Assembly (NCBI GenBank): GCA_964474885.1
Contig: CAYYWO010000002.1
Location: forward strand, 1-60,198
DNA: 60,198 bases
DNA from: Candidatus Hadarchaeota archaeon
GTDB taxonomy: Archaea; Hadarchaeota; Hadarchaeia; Hadarchaeales; JAWBSP01
Direction of reading: 5' to 3'
Positions 57,753 through 60,198 of this stretch are shown here, one piece after another. The notes below the pieces were generated by a model, which searched no databases, was not told the origin of the DNA, and saw only the letters and a list, made by a program, of their open reading frames with translations. Position 1 is the stretch's first letter; every line of letters begins with the position of its first letter. The translations under genes were made by a program, and so were the position numbers.

Positions 57753-58547
57753 ATGCCGAAGGCCATCTTCAAGGGGAGCCTATCTTTTGGTCTGGTAAAC
57801 ATCCCCATCCGCGTTTACCCGGCCGTCCGTGAGAAGAGGGTAGCGTTCAGGCTGGTCCACAGGGATTGCAAGACTCCCCTGCAGAACAAGAGATGGTGTC
57901 CCCACTGCAACAGGGAGGTGCCGCTGAGAGAGATCGTCAGGGGGTTCCCCCTCACGCCGGACACTCTTGTGCTGATAGAGGATGAGGAGCTCCAAAAGCT
58001 GCAGCTGAAGACGCTGAGGATGATCGAGATCCAGGCATTCGTGGATGCGGGGGAGATAGATCCCCTGTACTTCGGTACCTCCTATTTCCTGGAACCGGAG
58101 GAGGGTGGGGAGAAGGCCTACACCCTCTTCAGGGAGATCCTGTCCCGCACCGGGAAGATCGCGATAGGTAAGGTGGTCATGCGGAACAAGGAGCACGTCG
58201 TGGCGATCCGGGCCTACCAAAATGCCCTGCTTATGGTCACCCTGCACTACTCCGACGAACTGCTGAACCCGCAGGAGCTCGAGAACCTCAAGAAGGTGAT
58301 CGTGGTCAGGGAGCAGGAGCTCAAGATGGCGCAGATGCTGATCGAGCAGCTCGCGGGTGAGTTCAGGCCCGAGCAGTTCAAGGACAGGTACAGGGAGGCC
58401 GTCCTCCAGCTCGCCAAGCAGAAGGCCGAGGGGCAGCTGGTCCCCATCCCGCGTGCTAAAGAGGTGAAGGCCACAGTTGACCTCATGAAGGCCCTGGAGG
58501 CCTCCATTCAGGAGATAAAGAAAAAGAAGAAGGCCCAGGCAACTTGA
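57753..58547 (+). CDS. ku: Ku protein (NHEJ)
   Basis: GSLSFGLVNIP, IDPLYF..SYFLEP, FKDRYRE, VDLMKALEAS. Confidence 0.95.
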   Translation: MPKAIFKGSLSFGLVNIPIRVYPAVREKRVAFRLVHRDCKTPLQNKRWCPHCNREVPLREIVRGFPLTPDTLVLIEDEELQKLQLKTLRMIEIQAFVDAGEIDPLYFGTSYFLEPEEGGEKAYTLFREILSRTGKIAIGKVVMRNKEHVVAIRAYQNALLMVTLHYSDELLNPQELENLKKVIVVREQELKMAQMLIEQLAGEFRPEQFKDRYREAVLQLAKQKAEGQLVPIPRAKEVKATVDLMKALEASIQEIKKKKKAQAT

Positions 58548-58561
58548 AGGGGCTCAACTGG

Positions 58562-59497
58562 ATGGAGGCCAAGTTGAAGCCCATGTTAGCCTACCCTGCA
58601 GCCCGCCCCTTCGACTCCCCAGACTGGGTCTTCGAGCCGAAGTTCGACGGCACGAGGTGCCTTGCCTTCGTCGGGGAGAGGCTGAGGCTGCAGAACAGGC
58701 GGCTCGTGGACATAACCAGGCGCTACCCCGAGCTCGGAGGGATCAGGCAGAGGGTCAGGGCGAGGGAGGCGATAATAGACGGGGAAATCGTCGTGCTCCG
58801 AGGAGGGAAACCTGACTTCAACCTCATCCAGACGAGGGAGCAGACGGAGGGGAAGGCTGACTTCCTGTCCAAGATCTACCCGGCATCCTTCGCCTGCTTC
58901 GACCTGATCTACCTGAACGGAGAGCCCCTCATAGACTCGCCGCTGGCCGAGAGGAAGAAGAGGCTTGCGGAAATCCTGGACGAGGGGGAGGAGATCTTCC
59001 TGGTGAGGCACGTGACCGAGAACGGCACCCTGCTCTTCAGCAGGATGACGGAGGAGGGCTGGGAAGGGATCATGGCGAAGAGGGCCGAAAGCCGCTATCA
59101 GCTGGGCAAGAGGAGCCGGGACTGGCTCAAGATAAAACGAACGAGGACCATGGACTGCGTGATCCTGGGGTACACCCCCGGTGAGGGGTGGAGGGAGGAT
59201 TACCTAGGAGCGCTCGTGATCGGCGCGTACGAGCACGGGAAGCTCACCTTCCTGGGGAAGGTCGGGACGGGGTTCAGCGAGCCGATCCTCAGGGAGCTGA
59301 AGAGGAAGCTGGATGGGATCCGCGGACCGAAGCCCGTTGAGGCTGAGCCCCCCTACGAGGTCAGGTGGGTGAAACCCGAGCTGGTCTGCGAGGTGAAGTA
59401 CCTAGAGATAACTAAGGACAGAAAGCTCCGGGCCCCCTCTTTCGTCCGGCTGAAGGATAAGGATCCCCGGGAGTGCGAGCTACTCGACGATAACTGA
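58562..59497 (+). CDS. LigD-type ATP-dependent DNA ligase (ligase domain only)
   Basis: PMLA, EPKFDG, IDGEIV, FDL, EGIMAK, WLKIK, GKVGTGF, LRAPSF. Confidence 0.92.
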   Translation: MEAKLKPMLAYPAARPFDSPDWVFEPKFDGTRCLAFVGERLRLQNRRLVDITRRYPELGGIRQRVRAREAIIDGEIVVLRGGKPDFNLIQTREQTEGKADFLSKIYPASFACFDLIYLNGEPLIDSPLAERKKRLAEILDEGEEIFLVRHVTENGTLLFSRMTEEGWEGIMAKRAESRYQLGKRSRDWLKIKRTRTMDCVILGYTPGEGWREDYLGALVIGAYEHGKLTFLGKVGTGFSEPILRELKRKLDGIRGPKPVEAEPPYEVRWVKPELVCEVKYLEITKDRKLRAPSFVRLKDKDPRECELLDDN

Positions 59498-59710
59498 CGT
59501 CTCCGTGCTCAGGACCCCTCCCGTTCGCTGGATCTTGTCCACCACCATCTGCGCCAGGGCTTTCGTGTCCTCCGCCTCGGCCAGGACGACCAGGTCGAAC
59601 CTCCCCGTGGTAGCGTAGACTTCCTGGACTCCCTGGATCTTCCTGATCTTGTCCACGAGCTTCAATGCCTTACCGGGTTGGGTTCGGACGTATACCAGTG
59701 CCCTCATCAT
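59480..59710 (-). CDS. Lrp/AsnC ligand-binding domain protein
   Basis: VYATTGRFDLV, VLSTETSVI. Confidence 0.85.
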   Translation of the reverse strand: MMRALVYVRTQPGKALKLVDKIRKIQGVQEVYATTGRFDLVVLAEAEDTKALAQMVVDKIQRTGGVLSTETSVIVE

Positions 59711-59855
59711 TCCCTCGTCTGGGGATTTAATTTCTGTAAGTCCCCGCTGGCGACCTCTGAATCAATCTAGCGTCCCGCTGAGGGTTCGGCATGTCCCGAG
59801 TTGAAAGCGGGGGAGCCAGGAGCAGAGTTAGTCAAAAAAGAAAAAAGAAATTGAT

Positions 59856-59930
59856 GGGCCCATAGCTCAGTGGTAGAGCGCTCGCTTCGCAAGCGAGAGG
59901 TCGCGGGTTCGAATCCCGCTGGGTCCACCA
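59856..59930 (+). tRNA. tRNA-Ala(CGC)
   Basis: GGGCCCA acceptor with G3:U70, loop TTCGCAA, CCA. Confidence 0.96.
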
Positions 59931-60144
59931 GCAGTTTGGGTTCAGAACCTATTTCCCATTTTTTCGGGAAGTGAGGAAAATGACGAATAAAATAAGCAAA
60001 TTGGTGCAGACCAGGTGGGATCAATTGAACCGTTAGCATCACGACGGTGAGCTGCCGGGGAAGCCGAGCGCTCCCGCTCCCCGCAACCTAGTCGTCCCCT
60101 ACCCGCGTCCCGTGCCCCTGCCGGATGTCCAAGGATCGGCCGGA

Positions 60145-60198
60145 TCAGGCTTCGCGCAGCAACCACTTCCAGAGCGGGACGAACCTCACCCGCTTCCC
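60145..60198 (-). CDS. C-terminal fragment of a probable AAA+/DUF4143 ATPase (continues off the window)
   Basis: GKRVRFVPLWKWLLREA-stop resembles the C-terminus of archaeal DUF4143 ATPases. Confidence 0.5.
   Translation of the reverse strand, partial: GKRVRFVPLWKWLLREA

Noticed and set aside
60040-60140. GC-rich hairpin region as RNase P or SRP RNA
   Set aside because: The conserved RNase P and SRP motifs are absent; the adjacent sequence reads as the end of a protein gene
1-60198. CRISPR array or rRNA genes
   Set aside because: No regularly spaced repeat-spacer series and no rRNA signature sequences were seen; the 32810-32873 repeat has only two copies with a 14-bp gap

Overview
This is an archaeal chromosome segment, GC-rich with K/R/E-rich proteins that suggest a thermophile. 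Gene content suggests a euryarchaeal-type lineage, possibly Hadarchaeota (inference, not tested). Housekeeping content: rps13-rps4-rps11-rpoD-tRNA-Leu, aEF-1beta, TiaS, NcsA/TtuA, Dph6, TIP49, aCPSF1/FttA, proteasome beta, SepF, CoaBC, pantoate kinase, leuB/leuC/leuD/ilvD, a two-subunit fumarase, a DacZ-like cyclase and four tRNAs (His, Gly, Leu, Ala). Interleaved with these are: a type IV pilus-like ATPase/TadC pair with a separate pilin-like cluster; a Hef gene split by one in-frame TGA-ATG junction; a stand-alone NurA-HerA pair with a degenerate arginine finger; Ku plus a LigD-type ligase (NHEJ); an IS1341-type element whose TnpB lacks the zinc finger, with readable ends and relic copies; three decayed toxin-antitoxin loci and one intact one; a secreted cutinase/PETase-like hydrolase; and an AT-rich SCP2-iron alcohol dehydrogenase fusion. 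The most unexplained signal is a probable S-layer protein in which about 70% of Asn residues directly follow Asp or Glu, mostly outside N-x-S/T sequons. This hints at an undescribed surface-protein modification or structural code. No CRISPR array or rRNA was seen. All calls come from motif reading by eye; no searches were run.
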